From contig NC_058131.1 in NCBI RefSeq assembly GCF_016433145.1, positions 556,490,736-556,554,735 of the forward strand: 64,000 nt of DNA, in the 5' to 3' direction. Of the stretch, positions 25,128 through 36,408 are shown in pieces (within the stretch, counting starts at the first letter, position 1; every line of letters begins with the position of its first letter). Source of the stretch: Gracilinanus agilis (Eukaryota). The notes under the pieces are model-generated. The model made no database searches, was not told the DNA's origin, and saw only the letters and a program-made list of their open reading frames with translations. The translations under genes and the position numbers were made by a program.

Positions 25128-25195
25128 GGAAAGAAGGAAGGAAGGAAGGAAGGAAGGAAGGAAGGAAGGAAGGAAGGAAGGAAGGAAGGAAGAAA
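25128..25195. repeat. (GGAA)n microsatellite
   Basis: Direct tandem tetranucleotide run. Confidence 0.95.
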
Positions 25196-26478
25196 AAGAA
25201 AAAAAAAGCATAATATCATAATATGTTATCAAAGTTCAGAATATGAGACCTACAGGTCAATTCTATTATTTCACTGATAAGGAAACTAAAGTAACATATG
25301 TCTCTTTTTGACACTTTTATCTTCTTCCATTCATATATCTTTACCTTATTCTGTGACAGTGGGTCTCAAAGAGTGGCCAACATACCTCTCTATCCATTCA
25401 AAGAGCAAGTATAAGCATGTTATAATTATGTTATGTTACCTGCATAGACAAATATGCAATGACTTAGTTATCAGCTGGAACTGGTCTTTACAGTGTGGTC
25501 CCAAGAGTGATGAGACAAGCTCACACTCCCTTATCTCCAGGTCTGCTTCTCTTGTGGACGTTTCCCTTCTTTCCCAGTTCAGTTGGAAATCAGATTTTCA
25601 GTGGTCATGGGAGAAGAAAACCTACAGATCTAATGCTGTTGCTGCCACTGGTGCCACTTTTGCTAGCAGAATTTTTTGTTGTATTGCAAAGGTTTTTAAG
25701 CTGGGGACTGGGAATTTATTTTTTTTACTGTATTGATAATCATACTTCAATAATTTATTTTGTAATTCCACTATTTTATTAGATGTAGTTTAAAACATTG
25801 CTCTGAATTGGTGTCCATAAGCTTCAGATAGGGGAAAGTGATACAAAAGAGATTAAGAACTCTTTCTATCATGGAAAAAGCATTAGAATTGGAGCCCAAA
25901 TTAAATAATTTAATAAATTTTAAATAATTTAATAAATATTAAATAATTCTTAACAATATCACCATGGGTAAGTCCCATTTCTTTAAGCCTGTGTCTTCAG
26001 TTTTTATATTCAGTGTCTTATCTCTGACTGATATAAAAAATTACCAAAGGAATTATGAGCACCAGGTGATATTAAGGTAACAATTGGCAGAAATAGGGAA
26101 ATCTAGAAAAGATCCCTGAAATTATACCTCAATATATGAATAGCCATGTACATGCATATAAGGCTTTCTCTGCAGTAACTCTGACATCCATCCAAAAGCA
26201 TCCTAAATTAGAAGACATTCCCTCATACACAGAACTCTTCCTATTTCAACCATTTTGGTTAATTACTAATACTTTTCCCCAAGTGTGGTTCTAGTAAATA
26301 TAAAAGATGACTAGAAATATCACCCCTCCATTTGTCACCTGCTGTTCTCTTACAAAAATGATCAGTTCTGTTCTGAAGACATAGTTGTGCTCTCTTACAA
26401 CTGATTGTCCATGATTTTTCTCTCAAATATTTATTCTCACTTAGTGTCTCCCACCAGATTCCTAACCCATTGTACTTT

Positions 26479-26603
26479 CTTGTAACATGATGGAAAATGT
26501 GCTGTGGTCATATGGGAATAATTCAACTTTTGAGAATACTTATCCTGGGAGTTATTAAAATGATAGTTGGAACTCCACTTGACAAAGACCGAGGATAGAT
26601 TTT
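26479..26603 (-). promoter_or_regulatory. Candidate 5' non-coding exon/proximal promoter of OR4N-B
   Basis: Paralogous to 16712-16836; contains TTTTAATAACTCCCAGGA on the minus strand (homeodomain plus O/E-like). Confidence 0.4.
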
Positions 26604-27015
26604 TGAAATGACTATATACTTACTGAAATCCCTGGTGGTATCCTGTAGGGTCAGCTCTTCTTTTCAGATTTAATATTTCATCAGTGACTAGAATAACAGT
26701 ATGTCAATCAAACTTTTCAGCTTAGAGAAAATTATTAAGCCCCTGAATTCTTTGAAGATGTCAAAGCAAATGAAGGTGATAAATTTAAGAAAATGAAATA
26801 ATTAAGCAATTTACTACCATTCAGTCTTTTTTTTTTTAATGAGAAGCCAAACAAAGTGACAGTGAGTGTATGGGTAATAAATAATCCTTTGGGTGGAGTA
26901 GTAATGAATCATGTGCACTCCCAGACAGGGGCAAAGACAAATAGTATCTGGAGTGAGGGGGAGGAAAACTTGTCAACTTAAAGTTCATGTCTGGTTAGCA
27001 GAACATCCTCCTAAG

Positions 27016-27207
27016 CAACGGTCGGCAACCTTTTTTGCTGTGAGAGGCATAAACGCCTGCGGAAGGAGGAGGATGGAAGCAGAAGGCACTGGAATATGGG
27101 GAGGGGGCTGAAGGGCCCCCTGGGGCACATCCTGGGGCTCTGCCTGGACTGGCTGGTGGGGAAGTGGAGCCAGATATGGCTCGAGAGCCATATGTTGCCA
27201 ACCCCTG
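27016..27207. mobile_element. Non-autonomous hAT DNA transposon (MITE), 192 bp
   Basis: TIRs CAACGGTCGGCAAC / CAGGGGTTGGCAAC and a perfect 8-bp TSD ctcctaag (27008-27015, 27208-27215). Confidence 0.88.
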
Positions 27208-28599
27208 CTCCTAAGCATGAATAGGAAGGATCTATAACAAGAATAATATTCATTCTTTATTTTTTCAGTTATATATGTTTTCTCTCTTCTCCTAAAGTTT
27301 TCCTCTGAAAATTTTTGTTATAGTTTTTATGATTGATATTTTTTCCAATTCAGTGACAGAAAGTATAGCATTCTTGGTAAACAACAATGACTTTATTTTA
27401 AAGCAAATGCTTCTCAAGTACAAGCTGCAGCTAATGCCAAGGTTAGTCAGCCAATCTTAGTCTAATATTAAATTTAGGGAAAAAAACAAGAGGAAACTGT
27501 CAGGGTTATTAGCAATAATGACAGACTGAAGATCAACATGAGGACTTTGAATAAACTGTTGATATTGAAGTGACAGTATCATCTTTCTGTATCTACTTGT
27601 ATTTTTAAAAATTTGTCTCTAATCACTAAACTACACTTGTACTTTCTCCTCTCTTTTTTATTTTCTGAATTTGTATTTTTTGCCTTGAACTATGACTCAT
27701 CAAACTAATATATTGATCCCTTATCTGAAAGAGATTAACCAAAATACCATCTCTCAATTTACACCAAAGTAAAGTCTGTATAATCAGTGGTATCTCTCTC
27801 AGCAGTTTTCACCAAAATTAGATAAAATATGAATGACAAAAAGGAAAACAAATGATAATAGCTCCTAGAACAGTACATAAAGTGCTAGACCTGGAGTCAA
27901 GAAGACCTGAATTCTTTAAACATTTACTAGCTGTGTAACCCTGGGTAAGTCATTTAGTCTCTGCCTCAGTTTCTCCAGCTATAAATGGAGATAATAATGG
28001 CACCTTTTCTCTAAGATTGTTGTAAGGATCAAATGAGATAATAAATGCAAAGTAGAGTTAGCACAGTGCCTGGCACATTGTACATACTACATAAATAAAT
28101 GTTAGCTGTAATTATTATTTCTGAACAAGAGATTTTCTGAGAAAATAGTAGGAATTCAAATCCATTTTTATCAAAAAACAAGCATATTTTAAAATATATT
28201 TCCATGCCATGTCCTTATTCTTTGTTGAAACAAAAAGGAGAAAAATAATTATTTCATTCTCAGGTGAAGGAAAGTTAAATTGTGATTTGGGCATTAAAGC
28301 TTCAAATTGTATCACATTTCCTAGAAGAAAAGTATCCTTGGAATTGTGCCTTTGTATTGACTCATTTGGGTCTTAAAAAAGTAGCAGATATTTTGGTAGA
28401 CAATTCCCACGTCAAAAATAAGAAAATATTTATCATCATTTCAGCCTGACTCATTTATGAGTCCCGGAGAAGACATAGAACCAATGGCAGGAGAAATGCA
28501 GCCCCAGAGATCCTGATCATTTCTATTGCTCAATATGTGTGCCAAAGCAATAGGTTCAGCTAGGAGAAAATAATACTTCCCTAAAAGTTCATCTCCTCT

Positions 28600-28790
28600 A
28601 ATGGAAAATATATGACCTACATATATGAGCATGTATACATATGCATGTGTGTATATACACATAGTTTTCATATATACATGTGTTTATATTTATATATGTA
28701 CATACGTGCATATATATCTATACTCTATTTCTATGTATATATAAATATATATGTATGTGCATATACATATATACACTATAATTATATGGA
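28600..28790. repeat. TA/TG-rich low-complexity repeat (similar tracts at 5780-5810, 15820-15850, 40620-40770, 59800-59880)
   Basis: Visible degenerate dinucleotide runs. Confidence 0.9.
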
Positions 28791-29520
28791 AGGAACATTT
28801 TCCATTCAGAAAACAATCAGTCCATTTTGTCTTACTAAAAGAGGAAACCTATATATCTAAAGCTATAGGCTGGCCTAGCCATTGTATATAAGTGATTGAT
28901 TGCAAACTAATTGTTCTGTTGAACTTACCAGTCAGTTTTTTGTCAACACATATCCGAAGACTCAAAATTTCTAACTTACATATCTAATTCTGAGTCTCTA
29001 TTAACATTAGGTTAGTCTTGGGACCAAGGAGAAGGAAGTGGGGTGATTCACTGGGATATGGGAATCCATAAATTAAAATCTTTTGTGAATCCACCAAGAA
29101 ATTAACTATACAGTAAAGTATCCTAATGGCTTTAATATCAGCATTCTACACATTTCACTTGAAAGCAAGGAACAGACAATATAAAATATGTTTCTATCTT
29201 TTTTATGTTATAATGAAGTTAATAATAATACAAATGTACTCTAGCATAATATTTCTTGAACAATGATGGAGGCCTATAAGATAGGCAATTGCTCTCACAG
29301 TCCTTTCCCCAGCCTTATTTTTGACCTTCTTATAAAACATACTGTTATCTGGTAAAGGAGCTGGAAAAAAAAGAAGTATGAAGAGACAAAGGGATCATTC
29401 TCACTATTTTATAGTTATGTAGATAAATCTACCTATATGCTAAAATGTAGCAGAGTTTTAAGTGCTGCTTCCAATATTGTAGCATGTAGGGACCATAGCT
29501 AGAAGAAATTAATCAAAGGA

Positions 29521-31250
29521 AGAACCAAGATGGTGGAATAGAGAAGAACTCTACTGACCTCTACCAAATTCCCCTCCAAATCTCTAAAATAATGACTCAA
29601 ATCAAATTCTGGATTTCAAATCGAATTCTGGTATTCAACCAAAACAACAGAAGTTTGGTTGAAACAATTTTCTATACCAAGACAACTTAAGAGGTCACCA
29701 GGAAAGGTTTATCTCACTAAGATGGTAGTTGAACCTGGATAATATGCTAACCAGGGACCTTGAGGGTGCCTACATTGGTGGCAGCACCAGCTTCAGAAGC
29801 TCTTAGCTCACAAATAATGGGGGAGTTGGACAGCTAATTGGAAGAAAATGGCAAGGCACTTTGCTGATCCTTAGTTCAGGACCCTGTTGTATTGCCCATT
29901 TGCAGTTCTTGGTCACAGTCCCAGAGCCAGCAAGAGTAATAACACTTGTAGTCATACAGAAACAGGGGAGCTTGATCACAGTTCCAGGGAAGAGAGGAAT
30001 ACTTGTGGTCTTTCACTAATGGGCACAGGCATGAGGTGGAGAAGGTAAGGACCTTGGTTTCAACTCCAAGACAGAGGGGAGTACTAGCAATTATAGTGGG
30101 GAGAGGGACCTGGTCTCAATCTCAAAGCCAGGCAGAGTACTAGCATTGATGGCTACAGGTGATTAAGGTCCCTTCCTGGGCAAAGAGCAGGATAGCAGTA
30201 ACCTTACATTTCTTTAGATCATACTAACTTAGAAGCCCAAAAAAACCTACAGACTCCTTGAGATAGCTCTAAAAACAGCAGCAAGAAAGGTCTGAAGTTT
30301 AGAGTAATAGCATTCTACCCCAGGAGCAGAACCCAACTTTAACATAAAGTTAAAAATTGAGAAATAAAACTGGGAAAGTGATAAAAAACAAAAGCAAAGA
30401 AAGAATATAAGCATATAAAGTTCCTGTGGTAGCAAGAAAAATCCAAGACACAAACTCAAAAGAAAATAATGAAGTCAAAATAGCTACATGTGGAACCTCA
30501 AAAACAATACAAATGAATCACAGAGCCCAAAAATATTTCTGGAAGAGCTCAAAAAGGATTTAAAAGATCACATAAGGAAAATAGAGGAAAATTTGGGGAA
30601 AGAACTAAGAGTGATGCAAGAAAATTATAAAAAGAGAGTCAATAGTTTGGTTAAAGTGAAACAAAAAGAAAAAAACACTCTAAAAAAACAGATTCGTTCA
30701 AATAGTAAAAGAGGCAAAAAAAAAAAATCCACCAAAGAGAAGAATATCTGAAAAAGTAGAATTAGGGGTCAGTTAGGTGGATCAGTGGATTGAGAGCCAG
30801 ACCCAGAGAAAGGAGGTCCTCGGATTAAATCTGGCCTCAGACACTTCCTACCAGTGTGACCCTGGGCAAGTTACTTATCCCCCATTGCCTAGCCCTTACC
30901 ACTATTCTGCCTTAAAATCAATACCTAGAATTGATTCTAACATTGAAGGTAAGGATTTTTTTTAAATAGAATTTTCAAAATGGAAAAAAAAAAGTTACAA
31001 AAAGTCAATGAAGAAAAGAACTTCTCAAGAAGTAGAATTGGCCAACTGGAAAAAAAAAGATACAAAAGTTCATTAAAGTAAATAATTTTCTAAAAGTTAG
31101 AATTGGGCAAATGGATGCTAATGATTCCATGAGGCATCTAGAAATAATAAAATAAAATCAAAAGAATGAAAAAAAATAGAAGAAAATGTGAAATATTTCA
31201 TTGGAAAAACAATTGAACTTGAAAATAGATCAAGGAAATATAATTTAAGA
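29521..31250 (+). mobile_element. Old L1 5'UTR plus degenerate ORF1 coiled-coil region, interrupted by a SINE at 30766-30963
   Basis: Starts with the L1 5' motif ccaagatggtggaatag. Translates to EELKKDLKDHIRKIEENLGKELRVMQEN and later RIGQMDANDSMRH...IEENVKYFIGKTIELENRSR, typical of marsupial L1 ORF1p. Confidence 0.8.
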
Positions 31251-31440
31251 GCAAAGAGATGGAGACTTTTTGTTCACAGATTATGCACTCAATCCATTCT
31301 CTGAGGCTAAGATGGAACAGAATGGATGGATTCTCTGTCACTTGAGCTAATCAACATCAAGAAAACAAAGGTCCTCTACCTGCCAGAAGCATACCATACT
31401 ACTAATCACAGTAAAAAGGGAAAATGTTTAATGCTATTGA
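31251..31440 (+). mobile_element. RTE-clade LINE (RTE_Mars-like) RT fragment
   Basis: tttttgttcacagattatgcactcaat...ctgaggctaagatg...caacatcaagaaaacaaaggtcctctacc resembles the RTE region LFADDCALNA...INTKKTQV from memory. Confidence 0.6.
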
Positions 31441-31574
31441 TATGTTCTATCCATGTCACTTATATCATGCATTTTATCATTTGATGCCTTGCCATACCAT
31501 GTATGTAATGTTTATATCATACCATGTTACATATGCATCATATCATGACTCACATATCTCATGTAATGTGATGT

Positions 31575-32398
31575 GTTGAATCCATTATCTCTAAAATGGT
31601 TGAATCAGTTCACAGTTCCACCAACAATGTATTAGTGTCCCAGTGTTTCCATATCTCTTCCAATCTTTCTCATTTCTCCTTTCAATCATTCTAGGAATCT
31701 TATAGGTGTGAGAGAGGATCTCAGATATTTTAATTAGCAGTTTTCTGTTGCAAGATATAGGTATGTCCACTGCTAGGTTTATATCCCAAAGACATAATAG
31801 GGAAAAATACTAGTACAAAAATATTTATAGATGTGCTCTTTATGGTGGCAAAAAACTGGAAAATGAGGGGGTGTCCACTGATTGGGGAATGGCTGAACAA
31901 ATTGTGGTATCTGATGGCGATGGAATACTATTGTGCTAAAAGGAATGATGAACTGGAGAATTTCTATGTGAACTGGAAAGATCTCTGGGAATTGATACAG
32001 AATAAAAGGAGCAGAACCAGGAAGACATTGTACACAAAGACTGATACATTATGGCAAAATCAAATGTAATAGACTTTTCTACTAGCAGCCATGCAATGAC
32101 CCAGGACAATCCAGAGGAACTTGTGAGGAATAATGCTAATCACATCCAGAGAAAGAACTGTGGGAACAGAAACACAGAAGAAAAACATATGATCATCATG
32201 TACTTCGATGGTGATCTGATTGGGGTTTTGATGTTAAAGGATAACTCTACTGCAAATATGAATAATATGGAAATAGGCTTTGAACAATGATACATATATA
32301 ACCCAGTGGAATCACTTGTCAGCTCTGGGAGGGCAGAGGAAGAGGAGAGGGGATCATGAATTAATGAACCATGGAAAAATATTATAAATAAATAAAAT
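31575..32398 (+). mobile_element. 5'-inverted, truncated L1 (inverted part about 31575-31746, sense part about 31754-32398)
   Basis: The sense part encodes the ORF2 C-terminus (LFMVAKNWKMRGCPLIGEWLNKLWY) plus 3'UTR and A-tail. The adjacent segment is the immediately upstream ORF2 region in antisense. Confidence 0.8.
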
Positions 32399-32399
32399 A

Positions 32400-32795
32400 C
32401 AGGTATGCCTTTTTATAATGCAGGTATGTCATTGCAAGTCATTGGATTATGCTGGCATGTTAATACATGTTATAGGCATGCATGCTATAGTGAGATGCAA
32501 GTGTATTATTACATGGCATTGTGTGACAGGAGCATCATTGTATTATGGTGTATGCCTTGTGATGCAGTCAGGATGGTATGTTTTGTGGCATGACATAGGC
32601 ATGTTGCTGTATATTATTGCTTGACACAGGTGTATGATGTATGGGTATTATGTGTCATTTCATGATAGACATATTGCTGTTTCATGGTTGTGCTATTGTG
32701 TGATTTGAGTATGCTGTTGCATGTTATTGTGTGCACAAGCATGTCATTTTGGAACACTGGTGTAGTGTGTGACAGAGGCATATTATGTGACACAG
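32400..32795. repeat. Degenerate ATG/TGT-rich minisatellite (unit about 30-40 bp); related tract at 31440-31570
   Basis: Recurrent gacacagg/gacatagg/gacagagg motifs followed by catg(t)tattg. Confidence 0.65.
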
Positions 32796-32859
32796 ATAAA
32801 AAGACAAGTCAAAGCAGCTACATGCCAGTGGTGGATCAGCAGAAAACTTTTATTAGTAA

Positions 32860-34272
32860 ATGACTATCATCTAGTATTTAACAAATCAAAAGATCCAAAA
32901 TTTGAGAACCAAAAAAATTAGCATTGGCAAAAATTGCTCGAAAAAATGGAAAGAGGTTTGGCAAAAACTAGGCACAAACAAACATTTCATACTGTATACA
33001 GAGATAAGGTTAAAATTTGCAAATGATTTAGACATAAAATGTGTTATCAAAAGCAAATTAGAGGAGCATGGAATATTTTGCCTGTTGGAATTTATCAATA
33101 AAGGAAGAATTTGTGAATAAACAAGAACCAGAGAAATACAGGAGGGAAAATGGACAATTCTGATTACATGAAATTAAAAATATTTTACATGGACAAAACC
33201 AATGAAGTCAAGATTAGCAGAAAAGTAGGAAAAGGGTAGAAAAAATTTAGAGCAAGTTTCTTTGATAAAAGCTTTATTTCTCAAACATATAAAACACTGA
33301 GTCAAATTTATAAGAATATGGATCATTCCCCAATTGATAAATGGTCAAAGGATATGAAAAGGCAATTTTCAGAAGAAGAAATCAAAGCTGTCTATAGCCA
33401 TATGAAAAAAGCACTATTCATTAGAGAAATGCAGTTAAAATCACTCCCAGCTACTACTACTTAACATGCATCAGATTGACTAATACAACAGAAAAGGAAA
33501 ATGATAAATATTGGAGGAGATGTGCAGAAATTTAGTCATTAATGCTTTATTGATGGAATTGGGAACTGATCAAACTATTCTGGAGAACAGTTTGGATATA
33601 TGCTTTAGATACCCTTAGATCCAGCAATACTACTACTTTGTCTGTATCTCAAAGAGATCAAAGAAAAATGAAAAGGACCTTTTTGTACAAAAACATTTAT
33701 TGTAAGTTTTTTTTTTAATGTGGTTGTAAAGAATTGGAAATTGAGCGGATAGACCTTTAATGGGGAAGTGTTGAACAAGATGTGGTATATGATTGTAAGG
33801 GAATGTTATTGTGTTATTAGAAATGACAAATAAGATGCTTTCAGAAAAAACCTGGAAAGATTTACATGAACTGAAGCAAAATGAAGTGACCAAAACCAGA
33901 AAAACATTATGCACTGTAAGAGCAATATTATACAATGATCAGCTTTTCTCAGCAGTACAATACAAGGCATGTCTGAACATCTTATATTGAAATATGCTAT
34001 CCACCTCCAGAGAAAGAAATGATGGAGACAATGCGGATCAAAGCATATTTTTAAATTGTTCTTTTTATGCTCTTTTGATCTCTATTTTGTGGCATGACTA
34101 ATATGGAAATATTTTGTCTACATATAATCGATATCAGATTGCTTGCCTTCTCAAGGTGGGGAGAGGAAAGGAATGTAGAGAAAGACTATAGAACTTAATT
34201 TTTTTAAAAATTGAACCTTAAAATTTTGTTTGTATGCAACTGAGAAAAAATAAAATGAAAACTCAATTAAAA
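32860..34272 (+). mobile_element. Old L1 ORF2 C-terminal region plus 3'UTR
   Basis: Degenerate ORF2 (KNCSKKWKEVWQKLG; later atagagaaatgcag and ttagatccagcaatac motifs) ending in an A-rich tail. Confidence 0.8.
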
Positions 34273-34654
34273 AGTTACTCAGTTTGTTCTGAGTGATTTT
34301 ATTCTGCGTTGGTTGGTGACAGGAGTGCCTTTATATTCTATCCTACTCTGGGATAGATGAGAGGTATAAAAGAGAACCTCAATAATTCGTATCATTCTTT
34401 GCTCATATCAGAGAGTGGAATTTCATTCTGTGGTATTCTTATCCTGTGGCATATTTTAGAAATAACCTATCTGGTAAGACCCTTTCTATCTCTATGCTTC
34501 TGCTTCCCTTTTTCAGACATGAAGGAAGTATAAGTTTAAGGCCCTAAATAAAAGAGGCTAATTAAAAGGCAAAAGAGATACTATCAAAACAAGGACTATG
34601 TCCTCTGGGAGCATGAATCTCACTGGGATTCAATGGGAGGATGCTCATGACCAC

Positions 34655-35596
34655 TCACTTCCCTTTACATAGAATGTATTTGTTGGTCATTTTCCTCATA
34701 GCAGTTTTTACTTCCTTGTTACGTAATGTATAGATAATGGGATTCAGTAAAGGGAAGATCACAGTGTGAAACACAGATACTATCTTATCTAAGGAGAAAG
34801 CATCAAAAGGACGTGCATAAATATAGATGGATGGGCCAAACATTAAGACCACAATGGTCATGTGGGAATAGCAGGTGGACATGGCCCGGTTGGTACTTTC
34901 ACCTGAGCCTGAGTGCTTCTTGAGCATGACCAGGAGGAAGGCATAGGACATGAGTAGGGCAATGAAACACACCACAGAGATCAGCCCGCTGCTGAAGATC
35001 ATCACCAACTCCTCCGGGAAGGTGTTGGCACAGGCAATGCGGACCACCTGGGTGATGTCACAGAAATAGCTATCCAATTCATTGGGTCCACAAAATGGCA
35101 AACGGATGATGAGTGCCACCTGGATTATGGAGTGGATAAAACCACTGAACCAGGAGCAGGCCACCAGCACACAACACAGGCGCTTGTTCATGATGGTTGC
35201 ATAGTGCAAGGGTCGGCAGATGGCGGCATAACGATCAAAAGCCATCACTGTGAGCAGGAACATCTCAGAGGCTCCAACGAAGTGCAAGAAGAAGAGCTGA
35301 GCAATGCAGCCCCCAAAGGAGATGATCTTCCTTTCAGCAAAGAAGTCCACAAGCATCTTAGGGGCTGTGATAGAGGAATACCAGATGTCAAGGAAGGCTA
35401 GGTTTGCCAATAGGAAGTACATGGGTGAAGTCAGGTGGGCATCATACCTGATGGTGAAAATAATAAGGACATTTCCTGGTAGGATGATCAAATAGAAAGA
35501 GAGAAAAATAACAAATAAGATCAGTTGCACCTCCCGGGTCTGGGACAGCCCAGTGAGGACAAATTCCGTCACTCTGGTGTAATTCTCGGACTCCAT
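34655..35596 (-). CDS. OR4M1: Olfactory receptor OR4M1-like, 313 aa, intact
   Basis: Full 7TM OR ORF with segments diagnostic of OR4M1/OR4M2 as I recall them: [68 protein letters not shown]. Confidence 0.95.
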   Translation of the reverse strand: MESENYTRVTEFVLTGLSQTREVQLILFVIFLSFYLIILPGNVLIIFTIRYDAHLTSPMYFLLANLAFLDIWYSSITAPKMLVDFFAERKIISFGGCIAQLFFLHFVGASEMFLLTVMAFDRYAAICRPLHYATIMNKRLCCVLVACSWFSGFIHSIIQVALIIRLPFCGPNELDSYFCDITQVVRIACANTFPEELVMIFSSGLISVVCFIALLMSYAFLLVMLKKHSGSGESTNRAMSTCYSHMTIVVLMFGPSIYIYARPFDAFSLDKIVSVFHTVIFPLLNPIIYTLRNKEVKTAMRKMTNKYILCKGK

Positions 35597-35623
35597 TTCT
35601 TCATTTTATTTTTCATAGTTTGA

Positions 35624-35645
35624 CTAGGAAAAACAAATAAATAAA
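35624..35645 (-). promoter_or_regulatory. Probable 3' splice acceptor of the OR4M coding exon
   Basis: Minus strand reads ttatttgtttttcctag|tcaaact, 27 nt upstream of the ATG. Confidence 0.55.
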
Positions 35646-36408
35646 AATTACTCACAATATCAAGTATGGGACAACTTGTGGCTCTCTCTCAGTCATTTCC
35701 CCAGGAAATGCCGAATCTGTGCTGCCATTATGAATTTATAGAAAAACAGTTTTGGGTGGTCCCATTTTGTAGATAGATAAGCTAAAGCAAAAAGAAGTCA
35801 TATGATCAGTCTGAGAGCTGCCCTGATAGTAGAATTGATGATATTGTGAGTCACAAACACACACTCAGTTTATTAATTTTATATACCCTTTTTGACCAAA
35901 CCAATAGATTTACTTATCTCTCTCCCATCTCCATTTTAAGAAATGTCTATAAATATTGAAGAAAAATATCTTCAAAAGGACACTGGGCATTTGCCAGTAA
36001 CCTATAAGAGGTAAACTTGCTTTTTTATATTATACATCTATATATAATATTATATTTTACCATTTTGGAAAGCCTTACTTCCCTAGAATCTCTTTCTTTT
36101 AGCAAGATAAGAATTGGCTTGGCCTGATCTTTTCTGCAGAGAGTTTGACCCTAAACTGCTTGGCGAAATATATTTCTTATTTTTATATGATTTGATGTAG
36201 AACAATTGTGCTATTGGAAATTTTTTGTAACTCTTTCTAGCCCAAGTCAATTAGCCAAAGTAACATTAATGTCTTCTAAAAAATGATATAAACTCACTCA
36301 CACCCACTGGCCTATTTCTGTATAAGGTATACTTTTACTTAGGGAAACTATTACCATTATCAGAAAAAAAATGTGGTCACATGTATAATCACAACAGAAA
36401 AAGTACAG

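Noticed and set aside
28441-28860. Tyr/Ile/Met/Cys-rich ORFs here and at 5706, 32405, 40606, 40894 and 59734
   Set aside because: Translations of microsatellite or low-complexity DNA.
30488-30751. Coiled-coil 87-aa ORF as a novel gene
   Set aside because: It is a degenerate L1 ORF1p fragment, interrupted by a SINE and stops.
9763-35495. Plus-strand ORFs overlapping the OR genes (9763, 9968, 20610, 20977, 35132, 35304)
   Set aside because: Antisense shadows of the OR coding frames; their duplication just follows the OR4N identity.
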